Counted from the stretch's first letter, positions 14,344 through 22,814 are shown. The stretch: DNA of 32,000 bases from Massilicoli timonensis (GCF_900199515.1 NZ_LT963434.1:393272-425271); one strand, 5' to 3'. Numbers and translations are program-made. Notes: generated by a model from the letters alone, not told the origin.

Positions 14344-15294
14344 CTAGCGTTTACCGGAATCGTAAATTTCACCGGAGGCCTTCGGACCGACCGATTTGCG
14401 TGAGAATAACAGCAATGCGGCGATCGTAAGCAGGTATGGAAGTGCGAAAAACAATTCGCTAGGCAGTCCGTTTAAGAACGGGATCTGTCCGGAATAATTA
14501 GACAATACCTGAGAAAAGCCGAAGAAGATTCCGGCCCCCAAACAGCCATATGGATTCCATTTTCCAAAGATCAAACATGCCATGGAAATAAACCCGATGC
14601 CGTGAATCGAAAACACGGTAAACTGCACATCGAGAGAAAGTACCATGATCGCTCCTGCTAAGCCGCCTAAGCAGCCTGAGATCAATACGCCGATATAACG
14701 CATTTTTTCCACATGGATCCCCATTGATGCCGAAGCCTGCGGATATTCACCGCAAGAGCGCAAATGCAGACCGAATTTTGATTTGAATACGACAAACCAA
14801 GTCAGCACTGCCAATCCGACCGCCAGATAGAAAGTCGGAAAGACATTGGTAAACAACAAGTCACCGATGACCGGAATATCTTTCAAGACCGGAATCGAGA
14901 TCCTTCTAAAACGTTCCAAAAATTGTTCTGAGCGCTGCGCCCCGAAAATGATCTGACATAAATAAACCGTTAATCCGGTAGAAAGCATATTCAGCGCAGC
15001 ACCGGAAATGGTCTGATCCGCTTTCAGCGATACCGAAGCAAATGCATGGATCAAAGAATACAGACATCCGGCAATCATACCGACCAGCGCACCGGCCCAA
15101 GGCGCTAAATCACCTAGTGATCCTTCAAGGAAAAGAGAAGCCGTCGCACCGAAGAACGCGCCAACCAGCATGATCCCTTCCAATGCGATATTGACGATCC
15201 CGCTGCGTTCAGAAAACAAGCCGCCCAGCGCACAGATAATGATCGGCGTGGCAATTCCAAGTGCTAAAGGAAACATCTGATATAGTAAATTCAT
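14344..15294 (-). CDS. ABC transporter permease (BMP/nucleoside-type, NupQ/YufQ-like)
   Basis: 316-aa polytopic hydrophobic protein. It has a 4-nt overlap with the upstream permease gene and sits in an operon with the duplicated ATPase. Confidence 0.8.
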   Translation of the reverse strand: MNLLYQMFPLALGIATPIIICALGGLFSERSGIVNIALEGIMLVGAFFGATASLFLEGSLGDLAPWAGALVGMIAGCLYSLIHAFASVSLKADQTISGAALNMLSTGLTVYLCQIIFGAQRSEQFLERFRRISIPVLKDIPVIGDLLFTNVFPTFYLAVGLAVLTWFVVFKSKFGLHLRSCGEYPQASASMGIHVEKMRYIGVLISGCLGGLAGAIMVLSLDVQFTVFSIHGIGFISMACLIFGKWNPYGCLGAGIFFGFSQVLSNYSGQIPFLNGLPSELFFALPYLLTIAALLLFSRKSVGPKASGEIYDSGKR

Positions 15295-16418
15295 GACTTC
15301 ACTCCTTCCTTTGACACTGTTTGATCTGTATCGATCGTCCGATTCTCTTTTTTACGTGTTTTGAAATGATTTAAGACGATACGAATACCATACTGCATCG
15401 CCACAAACAACACGATGGAAGCCGAGATGATCTCGCCGATCTCCTTCGGTGTACCGACGATCTGAAGCAGCGGCTGCGCCACTTTCAAAAGTCCGAACAA
15501 CAAACCGGAAAGCACGATACCGATCACATTGCAGGCACCGGTCAAAGCAACCGCAATTCCATCAAAACCATAACTTTCAAAGGCGGACAGCACACGACCG
15601 TAATTGAATGTACCCAGTACCGAGATCGCTCCGGCCAAACCGGCCAGCGCTCCTGCGATCATCATGGAATAAACGATATTGCGATTCACCTTCATGCCCG
15701 CATACTGCGCTCCGTCTTTATTAAAACCGGTCGCTCGCAGACTATATCCAAAACTCGTCTTTTCAATGATAAACCAATAAGCCAGAACCGCAATGATCAA
15801 GAAGATAATGCCCCAGTTCAAACGGGAATGATTGGTAATGCTTCTTAAAAACTCCGATGAAAGGCTGGCCGTCTGCGGTGCATTGGCAGTAATCGTCGTC
15901 GTAGAACCCGGCAGGTGAACGATGATATAGTTATTCGCGTACATGCCGATATAATTCATCATGATACAGATCACGACCTCATGCAGATTAAACTTGCTTT
16001 TCAAAAAGCCCGGCAGAAAGCCCCACAATGCACCGGCAAGCGCACCGGCTAACACCGCCACGATCATGTGGATCACCGGCGGCATCGGAAACAGGATCGC
16101 AACTGAAATCGCCGCACATCCGCCGACCATGAACTGCCCTTCGGCACCGATGTTGAACAACCCCGTACGATACGCAAAGGCAACCGATAGACCCGTTAAA
16201 ATAAGCGGCATGCTCTGTACGATAAACTCACCGAGATAACGCAAATTCACACCGGTTCCACGCATTAAATCAATACCGGTGGCACCTCTTAACAGCGCAT
16301 TGAACAAAGCAATCGGATTTTGTCCGGTCGCAATCATGATGAGAACCCCTACCAAGATACCGAGCACGATCGCAAGAAGGGAAATCGTTAAGGTACTTTT
16401 ATTCTTCATGCTGTTCAC
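15291..16418 (-). CDS. ABC transporter permease (BMP/nucleoside-type, NupP/YufP-like)
   Basis: 375-aa polytopic membrane protein that overlaps the end of the ATPase gene. Confidence 0.8.
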   Translation of the reverse strand: MNSMKNKSTLTISLLAIVLGILVGVLIMIATGQNPIALFNALLRGATGIDLMRGTGVNLRYLGEFIVQSMPLILTGLSVAFAYRTGLFNIGAEGQFMVGGCAAISVAILFPMPPVIHMIVAVLAGALAGALWGFLPGFLKSKFNLHEVVICIMMNYIGMYANNYIIVHLPGSTTTITANAPQTASLSSEFLRSITNHSRLNWGIIFLIIAVLAYWFIIEKTSFGYSLRATGFNKDGAQYAGMKVNRNIVYSMMIAGALAGLAGAISVLGTFNYGRVLSAFESYGFDGIAVALTGACNVIGIVLSGLLFGLLKVAQPLLQIVGTPKEIGEIISASIVLFVAMQYGIRIVLNHFKTRKKENRTIDTDQTVSKEGVKS

Positions 16419-17934
16419 TTCCCTTCTTAGAACCGCTCATATAAAGACCCAGTTCATTTTCATTGGTTTCGCTTGCCTTCATCGATCCGTTTCGATGGCC
16501 GTCAAATAATACGACGATCTGATCGGACAAGCCTAAAATTTCATCAAGCTCAAAGGAAATCAGCAAGACCGCTTTCCCTTTGTCGCGTTCTTCTACAATT
16601 CGTTTGTGGATATATTCGATCGCTCCGACATCCAGTCCACGTGTCGGCTGTACGACCATAAGCAGATCCGGACTGCGGTCGATCTCTCTGGCAATGATCG
16701 CTTTCTGCTGATTTCCACCTGACATGCTGCGGGTCAAAGAGTCGATGCCTTCCCCGCTGCGCACATCAAATTCATCGATCAAATGCTGGGCATAGCGATC
16801 CATTTCCTTTTGCTGGATCATCGTGCCTTTGCAATAAGGCGCACGATCATATTCATGAATGATCATATTTTCTTTTAATGTGAAATCCAAAATCAAACCA
16901 TGTTTATGACGATCCTCCGGAATGTGTCCCATTCCTTTGTCAAAGCGCTGCCGAACCGTCGCCTTCGTGATATCTTCACCGTTCAATAAGATCGTACCGC
17001 TCTCTGCTTTAGCAAGGCCGCTCAGTGCATGTGCCAGTTCAGTCTGCCCGTTTCCATCAATACCGGCAATACCGACGATCTCTCCCGCTCTTACCTGTAA
17101 AGAAAAATCTTTCAGACCCAGAACGCCTTTGGCATTTTTTACATTCAAATGCTGCACATCTAAAACAACTTGCCCCGCTTCTTTTTCTTCTTTTTCTATT
17201 TTGAAATTCACTTCACGGCCGACCATCATTTCCGCCATCTCTTTTTCTGTTGTACTTGCAACATCTACCGTACCGATATATTTGCCGCGGCGCAGCACGC
17301 TGCATTCATCGGCCACCTCTTTGATCTCTTTCAATTTATGCGTGATCAGCAAAATGCTTTTCCCTTCGCTTACCAAACGGCGCATGATCTGCATCAGATC
17401 TTCGATTTCCTGCGGCGTGAGTACCGCTGTCGGTTCATCGAAAATCAAAATATTCGCATTGCGGTAAAGCATCTTCAAAATTTCCACACGCTGCTGCATG
17501 CCGACGGTAATATCGGATATCTTCGCATACGGATCGACATTCAATCCAAACTTCTTTGATAATTCCGCAATTTCTTTGGCAGCCCGTTTCACATCTACCA
17601 TTCCATATTTGGTAGGTTCCATTCCCAAAATAATATTTTCGGTTACGGTAAAGCATTCAATCAACTTGAAATGCTGATGCACCATCCCGATACCAAGTGC
17701 TGTCGCATCATTTGGATCGTTGATCTTTACTTCCTGACCATTTACCTTGATATGACCGCTGGTTGGCTGATATAATCCAAACAGGATAGACATAAGGGTC
17801 GATTTACCTGCACCGTTTTCACCCAGTAACGCATGAATGGTGCCTTCCTTTAGCCGAACAGTTACATTGTCGTTTGCCCTGATTCCGGGAAAATCCTTCG
17901 TAATATTCAGCAGTTCTACTGCATAGGTCATCAT
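16399..17934 (-). CDS. ABC transporter ATP-binding protein with two fused ATPase domains (NupO/YufO-like)
   Basis: Walker A GENGAGKST lies in the first half and GIDGNGQTE in the second half. A signature-like MSGGNQQK is present. At 511 aa it is typical of CUT2/BMP-type importers. Confidence 0.9.
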   Translation of the reverse strand: MMTYAVELLNITKDFPGIRANDNVTVRLKEGTIHALLGENGAGKSTLMSILFGLYQPTSGHIKVNGQEVKINDPNDATALGIGMVHQHFKLIECFTVTENIILGMEPTKYGMVDVKRAAKEIAELSKKFGLNVDPYAKISDITVGMQQRVEILKMLYRNANILIFDEPTAVLTPQEIEDLMQIMRRLVSEGKSILLITHKLKEIKEVADECSVLRRGKYIGTVDVASTTEKEMAEMMVGREVNFKIEKEEKEAGQVVLDVQHLNVKNAKGVLGLKDFSLQVRAGEIVGIAGIDGNGQTELAHALSGLAKAESGTILLNGEDITKATVRQRFDKGMGHIPEDRHKHGLILDFTLKENMIIHEYDRAPYCKGTMIQQKEMDRYAQHLIDEFDVRSGEGIDSLTRSMSGGNQQKAIIAREIDRSPDLLMVVQPTRGLDVGAIEYIHKRIVEERDKGKAVLLISFELDEILGLSDQIVVLFDGHRNGSMKASETNENELGLYMSGSKKGSEQHEE

Positions 17935-17962
17935 GATCCTCCTTTAATTATTCACTGTCATT

Positions 17963-17971
17963 ATTATATCA
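17963..17971 (-). promoter_or_regulatory. Candidate extended -10 promoter of the ABC ATPase-permease operon
   Basis: The minus strand reads TGaTATAAT about 30 nt upstream of the start at 17934. No convincing -35 element was found. Confidence 0.4.
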
Positions 17972-18105
17972 CATGACTTTTTAGAAAGTATAGCCAAACT
18001 CAGACAATAATCATAAAAAATCTTACTTTTTTCTGCGCTTCACCGAAGATGCCGCGCAATCTTTGTATGCGTTTACATCTTTTGCTGCCATTTCTGCTTC
18101 TCTAT

Positions 18106-18113
18106 ATTAAAAG
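18106..18113. repeat. Target-site duplication, left copy (ATTAAAAG)
   Basis: This 8-mer directly abuts IRL and is identical to the 8-mer at 19764-19771 that directly abuts IRR. Confidence 0.85.
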
Positions 18114-19763
18114 GGCGCTTTAAATTCGTGTGTGGGTGTGCCATACCTTTAAACTTTGGTGTTGCTATTTTAAAACCTATTTAACATTATATGTGGGTAT
18201 CTTTAACATTTGTGTGGATACCCTACTTTTATATATGAAAAAGCCTTCGTGTTATTATTTCTTTGCCGAGAAAATACACACGAAGGAGGTAATATACCTA
18301 TGTACGATTTTATCACAGATTTATTCAATATTGACAAAAAGATGATCAAAAAAATTGAAGTAGTCTCTTCAAAAGATTTAACCGAATTTCACATCTCTTT
18401 AGTGCCTGAAAAACTTAGATGCCCATATTGTCATGGCTTTACTCATTTACACGGATTTTCAAAACCTAAAACAATCAATCATCCTAAGCTTACTGATCGT
18501 AAATGTATCATCGTTTTCAAAAACAACAGATATCAGTGCAATGAATGCCTGCGCACATTCTCTGGAAAAAATCCTTTTACTTTTTCCAATTTTAAAAATT
18601 CATTTCTTTCCATGAACAACATCATGAAATCCTTATCAAACCTGAACTATACTTATTCCATGGTAGCCGAATTAAACCATATATCTGTTACTCAGGTACA
18701 GCGCTATTTTGACAGTTTTGTCAACATCCCCAGAATTCGTCTTCCTGAATCTATCGGTATTGATGAGATACATTCTAAAATGGCCAAAAGAGCTGATTCT
18801 GCTTATTTATGCGTCATGGTAGATAATATAAACAGATCTCTATTTGAAATTCTTCCCTCACGTTCCAAATCTGAATTAGGACGATACTTCGAAAGGATCC
18901 CGGCAGAAGAAAGAAACTGCGTTCATTACGTCACTATCGATATGTGGGAGCCTTACAAAGATATAGCCAATACTTATTTAAGGAACGCTATTATAGCTGT
19001 AGATCCTTTCCATGTCGTGAAGCATCTCATGGACGGTTTTAAACGCATCCGTCTTAATATCATGTATCAGACAGAATACAATTCTAACAGTTATTATCTT
19101 CTTAAGACATGGAAGGATCTTATCGAAAAAGATGTTTATTTGGATAACGAGCCTGTATACAATAAACGTTTCAAAAAGAAATTAAACAAACGTAATCTCT
19201 TAGATATGATACTGGACATTAGTGAAAACCTCGTTCTTGGATACAGATTAAAAGAGATGTATCTGCACTTCAATGAAAATGCCACAGAAAAGGATTGCGA
19301 ATCATGGTTTGATTCCATATATGAGGCATTTAGAGAAGCACAGTTGCCTGAATATAATGAATTTGTATCTATTCTTCAGACTTGGAAAACAGAAATACTA
19401 AACTCATTCAAAAGACCTGTTGATGACAGAAAACTAAGCAATGCACTTTCAGAAAATATCAATGGACAAATCCGTACATACCTGGCAGTTTCCAACGGAG
19501 TAAGAAACTTCACAAGATTCAGAAAGCGCTGTTTATTATCACTGAATAAAAAAGTATTCTATTCCATAAATGATCAATTAAAATCAGATAAACATATAAC
19601 AGATAAAAAACAAAACAATTAAATTAAAAACTTTTCTCGGCACATAAAAACAGATGATAATTAGGAATCAATTTCATCCATAAAATCATCTGTTTTTCAC
19701 TTTATAAACCACACACTAGTTTAAAGCGGATTTTTCAAAAACCACACACTAGTTTAAATTACC
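18114..19763 (+). mobile_element. ISL3-family insertion sequence, intact (about 1.65 kb)
   Basis: IRL is GGCGCTTTAAATTCGTGTGTGG (18114-18135). The reverse complement of 19742-19763 is GGTAATTTAAACTAGTGTGTGG, giving 17/22 identical positions. There is a single transposase ORF. Perfect 8-bp direct repeats flank the element, and ISL3 elements characteristically make 8-bp duplications. Confidence 0.85.
18300..19622 (+). CDS. ISL3-family transposase
   Basis: ATG 18300 follows GGAGG (18285-18289); the ORF-track TTG at 18210 is unlikely to be the real start. An N-terminal zinc finger (CPYCHG...CNEC) is followed by a DDE domain (IGIDEI...VTIDMWEPY...). The 440-aa length is typical. Confidence 0.85.
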   Translation: MYDFITDLFNIDKKMIKKIEVVSSKDLTEFHISLVPEKLRCPYCHGFTHLHGFSKPKTINHPKLTDRKCIIVFKNNRYQCNECLRTFSGKNPFTFSNFKNSFLSMNNIMKSLSNLNYTYSMVAELNHISVTQVQRYFDSFVNIPRIRLPESIGIDEIHSKMAKRADSAYLCVMVDNINRSLFEILPSRSKSELGRYFERIPAEERNCVHYVTIDMWEPYKDIANTYLRNAIIAVDPFHVVKHLMDGFKRIRLNIMYQTEYNSNSYYLLKTWKDLIEKDVYLDNEPVYNKRFKKKLNKRNLLDMILDISENLVLGYRLKEMYLHFNENATEKDCESWFDSIYEAFREAQLPEYNEFVSILQTWKTEILNSFKRPVDDRKLSNALSENINGQIRTYLAVSNGVRNFTRFRKRCLLSLNKKVFYSINDQLKSDKHITDKKQNN

Positions 19764-19771
19764 ATTAAAAG
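19764..19771. repeat. Target-site duplication, right copy (ATTAAAAG)
   Basis: See the left copy at 18106-18113. This copy overlaps the T-tract of the LRR-gene terminator. Confidence 0.85.
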
Positions 19772-19799
19772 AAAGCGAAGTCTTTTACGCTCCGCTTTC
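19764..19799 (-). terminator. Rho-independent terminator of the LRR protein gene
   Basis: The minus strand reads GAAAGCG-(15-nt loop)-CGCTTTC followed by TTTTAAT. It lies 30 nt after the stop at 19830. The IS insertion point lies in the T-tract. Confidence 0.6.
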
Positions 19800-19829
19800 T
19801 CATCTCAATCTTATTTTAGCATCTAAATG

Positions 19830-22562
19830 CTACTGCTCGCTTCTTCTGTTCTTGCGTAACATTGCAGCGAATACGATCATACTTCCACCTAACAGTACAT
19901 AGTACATTCCCTTGCTTACTTCATCCCCTGTATGTACTGCTTCGTTCTCCTCTTTCTTGATCTCCTCGATATTGCTTTCTCCCTTTTCCTCTTCATTTGG
20001 TGTATTCGGCTTCTCTTCCGGTTCTGTCGGTTTCTCTTCCTTCTGCCACATCACCTCAAATGTCCCAAACTCCTTGCTTCCTACCTCAAACTCCAATCCA
20101 CCCTCTGTCTTTCTTACTTCTATCTCTCTCCCTTTGCTCTTTGCGATCTCTTCATCCAAAGCCTCTTCGCTCATCTGCATCGTGTAATCTCTTGTCAATC
20201 CCTCATAATACACGACCGCAAACCGATCCCCTTCTTCGCTTCCTTCCGGATATGGATAATATACGCTTACCGTTTCCTTTTCCGTTCCTACCCATAAGTT
20301 CCCGTCATTTTGATCGACCAGATCCAAATACCGAAACTCTCTTTTCACTTCCTTCGTTTCATCTATCCCTTTCACTGCTTCCATTCCCTTTGCATGCAGC
20401 GCTTCCATCCGTTCTGCTGATCCCAATACCTCTTCGATCAATTCATCCCATAACAGCACGACCTTCGCATCTTCGTTTACCGGATACATCGTATTCCCGT
20501 TCTTATAAAACTGCGTCCCTGCTTTTACATGTGCATGTGCTTCCTTGATCTGGCATGCTCCTTCTTCTTCATATACCCCCTTATAGATCTCACTGCTCAA
20601 TGTCTCCGCGCTTTCATCGCTTACTTCTCTTACCTTTACTTCCCCTACTGCCATCCCTTCTTCCGGTATACTCAATAAGTGTTCATCTAAACGGATCTCT
20701 TTATCATCTACTCTTGGTAATGCATACAGTGCATAGCTTCCCGCTTTCGCTGCGCTCTCTACCTTCTCTCCCTCGCTGTTTCGATATTCCCATGCAAATG
20801 GCACTCCCTCTTCTTCCAAATCCCATGCTTCTCCATCTACGCTGATCGCATAGCTTTCCAAGCCTTCTTCCCATTGCGGTTCCGGCAAGGCATCGCCATG
20901 ATTGCTGGCGTCGGTTCCCAATCCTCCTTCATATGCGATCAGTTCGACTGCTTGAAGCGGTTCACTGTATCCTGCATATAAGTGCAGCGTACCGTTCGCT
21001 AATGTCGTAAAGTCGATCGTTGCGGCTTCATCAAATGGCTTCGTGCATGCTTCATCTAAATACCAGCCATTGAATACGCTTCCCTCTCTGCTTAGGCTAG
21101 TAGACGGGTTATTTGTTAATACGGTTGTACCGGTTAAGGTAAACTCTTGTTTTGCTTCTTCCATTGTGGAATAGATGAAATGATCTGCTCGATATACGAT
21201 TACTTCACTTTCTGTATTCCCATTATTAAAAGTACCGTCATTTCCATGATATACGACTTTTGCATAGTATGGGGTTCGACTAAAAATCAGAGCAGTATGT
21301 AGAGGATTATTAAAATCATCAATATATTCAAGTAAAACTTTACTTTCACTTATAATGATCGTCGGTATAGATTCATCTAGCGGTATTATATTAGGATATG
21401 TGCTTTCTATCTCATGCGAAGGGGTCTTTGTGGAAATAAACAATAAAGAAGGTCTCTTCGTAATATCTATTTCAAAATTATCTATATCGAAAATATTTAA
21501 TTGATTACAATTTACAAACATTCCCATATAATCTTCGCAAGAACCTGTATCAAAAGTTTCTAATCCTTTTATATTTTTCAGATTAGTGCAATCAGCAAAC
21601 ATAGCATTCAAGATCTTTGTTTTACTTGTATTGAAATTACTAACATCTAAGTTTTCAATACTTTCTAATCCTCTGAACAAAGCTCCCATACTACTCACAT
21701 TACTGGTATCAAAATTACTAACATCTAGGCTTTCTAAATTAGAGCAACTATGAAACATAGATGACATATCCGTTACATTTTTAGTATCGAAATTGCTAAC
21801 ATCTAAACTTTTCAATTGGGAACAGTTAGAAAACATATTCTTCATATTTGTAACATTTTCTGTATTAAAATTGTTGATATCTAAGTTTTTTAGATTAGTA
21901 CAACCATAAAACATAAATTCCATATTCGTGACATTTTTAGTAGCAAAGTTACTAAGGTCTAAGCTTTCTAAATTAGAGCAATCATAAAACATATATTCCA
22001 TATTTGTAACATTCTTAGTATCAAAGTTACTAATGTCTAGGCTTTCTAAACTAGTACATCTAGCAAACATCTGAGTCATATCCGTAACTTTGTCTGTATG
22101 GAAGTTACTCAAATCCAGACTTTCTAAGCTTCCGCAAAGAAAAAACATATTACTCATATCTGTTACATTGCCTATATCTAATCCACTTAAATCTATTATC
22201 TCTAAAGCATAAAAAGATCTAAATGCATCTCTAAGTGAGTCTGTTTCTAATGTTACTTTTTTCTCTGGTGTACCTATTTTTAGTGATATTATTTTTTTCT
22301 TAATAGTATCATTGAATAACTTATCTAAAGATCTAATCACTACTTGTTTTCCTTCATGTCCTTCAAATTCAGAAGGAATCACAACATTCACTACATACCT
22401 TCTGTATTCCGTCAATATGATTTTATCCCCTGTATCCTCATATTCCCAATCATCATCCAGCGTTAAACCGCCTACATTAGTTTCTGAGTACTGATTTACA
22501 GTACCCCCCCCCCCCTGGCTAAAATCATGTTCGGCCTCATTGCCATACCGATCATCATGCAA
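19830..22562 (-). CDS. BspA-like leucine-rich-repeat cell-surface protein, main ORF (no in-frame signal peptide with the G12 tract as assembled)
   Basis: The 910-aa ORF starts only at TTG with no RBS. It has about nine 25-aa repeats of the type VTxMxxMFxxCxxLxSLDxSNFDTxN (BspA/DUF285-type LRR). A Listeria-Bacteroides-repeat-like segment (FNGWYLDEACTKPF) follows, then an acidic region. The C-terminus is AVHTGD + hydrophobic helix + KNRRSEQ, which looks like a sortase-type anchor. Confidence 0.8.
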   Translation of the reverse strand: MHDDRYGNEAEHDFSQGGGGTVNQYSETNVGGLTLDDDWEYEDTGDKIILTEYRRYVVNVVIPSEFEGHEGKQVVIRSLDKLFNDTIKKKIISLKIGTPEKKVTLETDSLRDAFRSFYALEIIDLSGLDIGNVTDMSNMFFLCGSLESLDLSNFHTDKVTDMTQMFARCTSLESLDISNFDTKNVTNMEYMFYDCSNLESLDLSNFATKNVTNMEFMFYGCTNLKNLDINNFNTENVTNMKNMFSNCSQLKSLDVSNFDTKNVTDMSSMFHSCSNLESLDVSNFDTSNVSSMGALFRGLESIENLDVSNFNTSKTKILNAMFADCTNLKNIKGLETFDTGSCEDYMGMFVNCNQLNIFDIDNFEIDITKRPSLLFISTKTPSHEIESTYPNIIPLDESIPTIIISESKVLLEYIDDFNNPLHTALIFSRTPYYAKVVYHGNDGTFNNGNTESEVIVYRADHFIYSTMEEAKQEFTLTGTTVLTNNPSTSLSREGSVFNGWYLDEACTKPFDEAATIDFTTLANGTLHLYAGYSEPLQAVELIAYEGGLGTDASNHGDALPEPQWEEGLESYAISVDGEAWDLEEEGVPFAWEYRNSEGEKVESAAKAGSYALYALPRVDDKEIRLDEHLLSIPEEGMAVGEVKVREVSDESAETLSSEIYKGVYEEEGACQIKEAHAHVKAGTQFYKNGNTMYPVNEDAKVVLLWDELIEEVLGSAERMEALHAKGMEAVKGIDETKEVKREFRYLDLVDQNDGNLWVGTEKETVSVYYPYPEGSEEGDRFAVVYYEGLTRDYTMQMSEEALDEEIAKSKGREIEVRKTEGGLEFEVGSKEFGTFEVMWQKEEKPTEPEEKPNTPNEEEKGESNIEEIKKEENEAVHTGDEVSKGMYYVLLGGSMIVFAAMLRKNRRSEQ
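21471..22247 (-). repeat. 75-bp-period coding tandem repeats (LRR units)
   Basis: The 25-aa periodicity is visible in the translation from about aa 106 to 364. Recurrent DNA strings such as ctaacatctaa / ctttctaa occur at 75-nt spacing. Confidence 0.8.
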
Positions 22563-22597
22563 ATACTTACCAAAAGCAACGATACTTTCTTTTTCAT
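22496..22597 (-). CDS. Leader ORF encoding the orphaned signal peptide of the LRR protein (33 aa, terminates just after the G tract)
   Basis: GGAGG (22607..22603) lies 5 nt before ATG 22597. The translation is MKKKVSLLLVSICMMIGMAMRPNMILARGGGVL*, with a positively charged n-region and a hydrophobic h-region. This frame differs from the main ORF and would fuse to it with 10 or 13 G. Confidence 0.7.
   Translation of the reverse strand: MKKKVSLLLVSICMMIGMAMRPNMILARGGGVL
22504..22515 (-). repeat. Homopolymeric G12 tract (C12 on plus strand) in the 5' coding region of the LRR gene
   Basis: Counted directly: gta + 12 c + tggct. It encodes the GGGG of the main ORF. Confidence 0.95.
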
Positions 22598-22648
22598 CTT
22601 TTCCTCCTTCTCGTCTGTTTTCCTTTCTCAGACGCTATCTTTGTTTAC

Positions 22649-22657
22649 ACTATACCA
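22649..22657 (-). promoter_or_regulatory. Candidate extended -10 promoter of the LRR gene
   Basis: The minus strand reads TGgTATAGT about 50 nt upstream of ATG 22597. An alternative TTGAAA-18 nt-TATGAT lies further upstream. Confidence 0.35.
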
Positions 22658-22814
22658 TTTTTTCCCATATTTATCTACTTTTACTGCAAAGACAACATGG
22701 CACATGTAAGATGAAGTTGTCTTTACTATATAAACTACACTTATCATATTCATTAAACATTGCTTTTTTCAACAACAGAAGGATCGTTTCGTCATGAGAT
22801 ACAGTGTTTCAAGC

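Noticed and set aside
14184-14372. 62-aa minus-strand ORF between the permease and M16 genes.
   Set aside because: It covers the operon terminator and the promoter candidate and overlaps both neighbouring genes, so it is an intergenic artefact.
16922-17467. Long antisense ORFs inside housekeeping genes. Examples: 16922-17467 and 17170-17559 in the ATPase gene, 19997-20548 in the LRR gene, 27427-27858 in ftsK, 29734-30249 in rnj, and 25802-26149 in yjjI.
   Set aside because: These are shadow ORFs on the opposite strand of well-supported genes. Their composition is low-complexity or biased (S/F/L/P-rich), with no RBS and no recognisable motifs.
18030-18062. Hairpin TGCGC...GCGCA upstream of the ABC ATPase gene, considered as a terminator or riboswitch element.
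   Set aside because: The T-run precedes rather than follows the stem on the plus strand, and an A-run follows it on the minus strand. The inner pairing is poor. No recognisable riboswitch core was seen.
21471-22247. Regular 75-bp repeats that could superficially resemble a CRISPR-like or satellite array.
   Set aside because: The periodicity is entirely explained by 25-aa leucine-rich repeat units within one open reading frame. There are no unique spacers and no conserved palindromic repeat.
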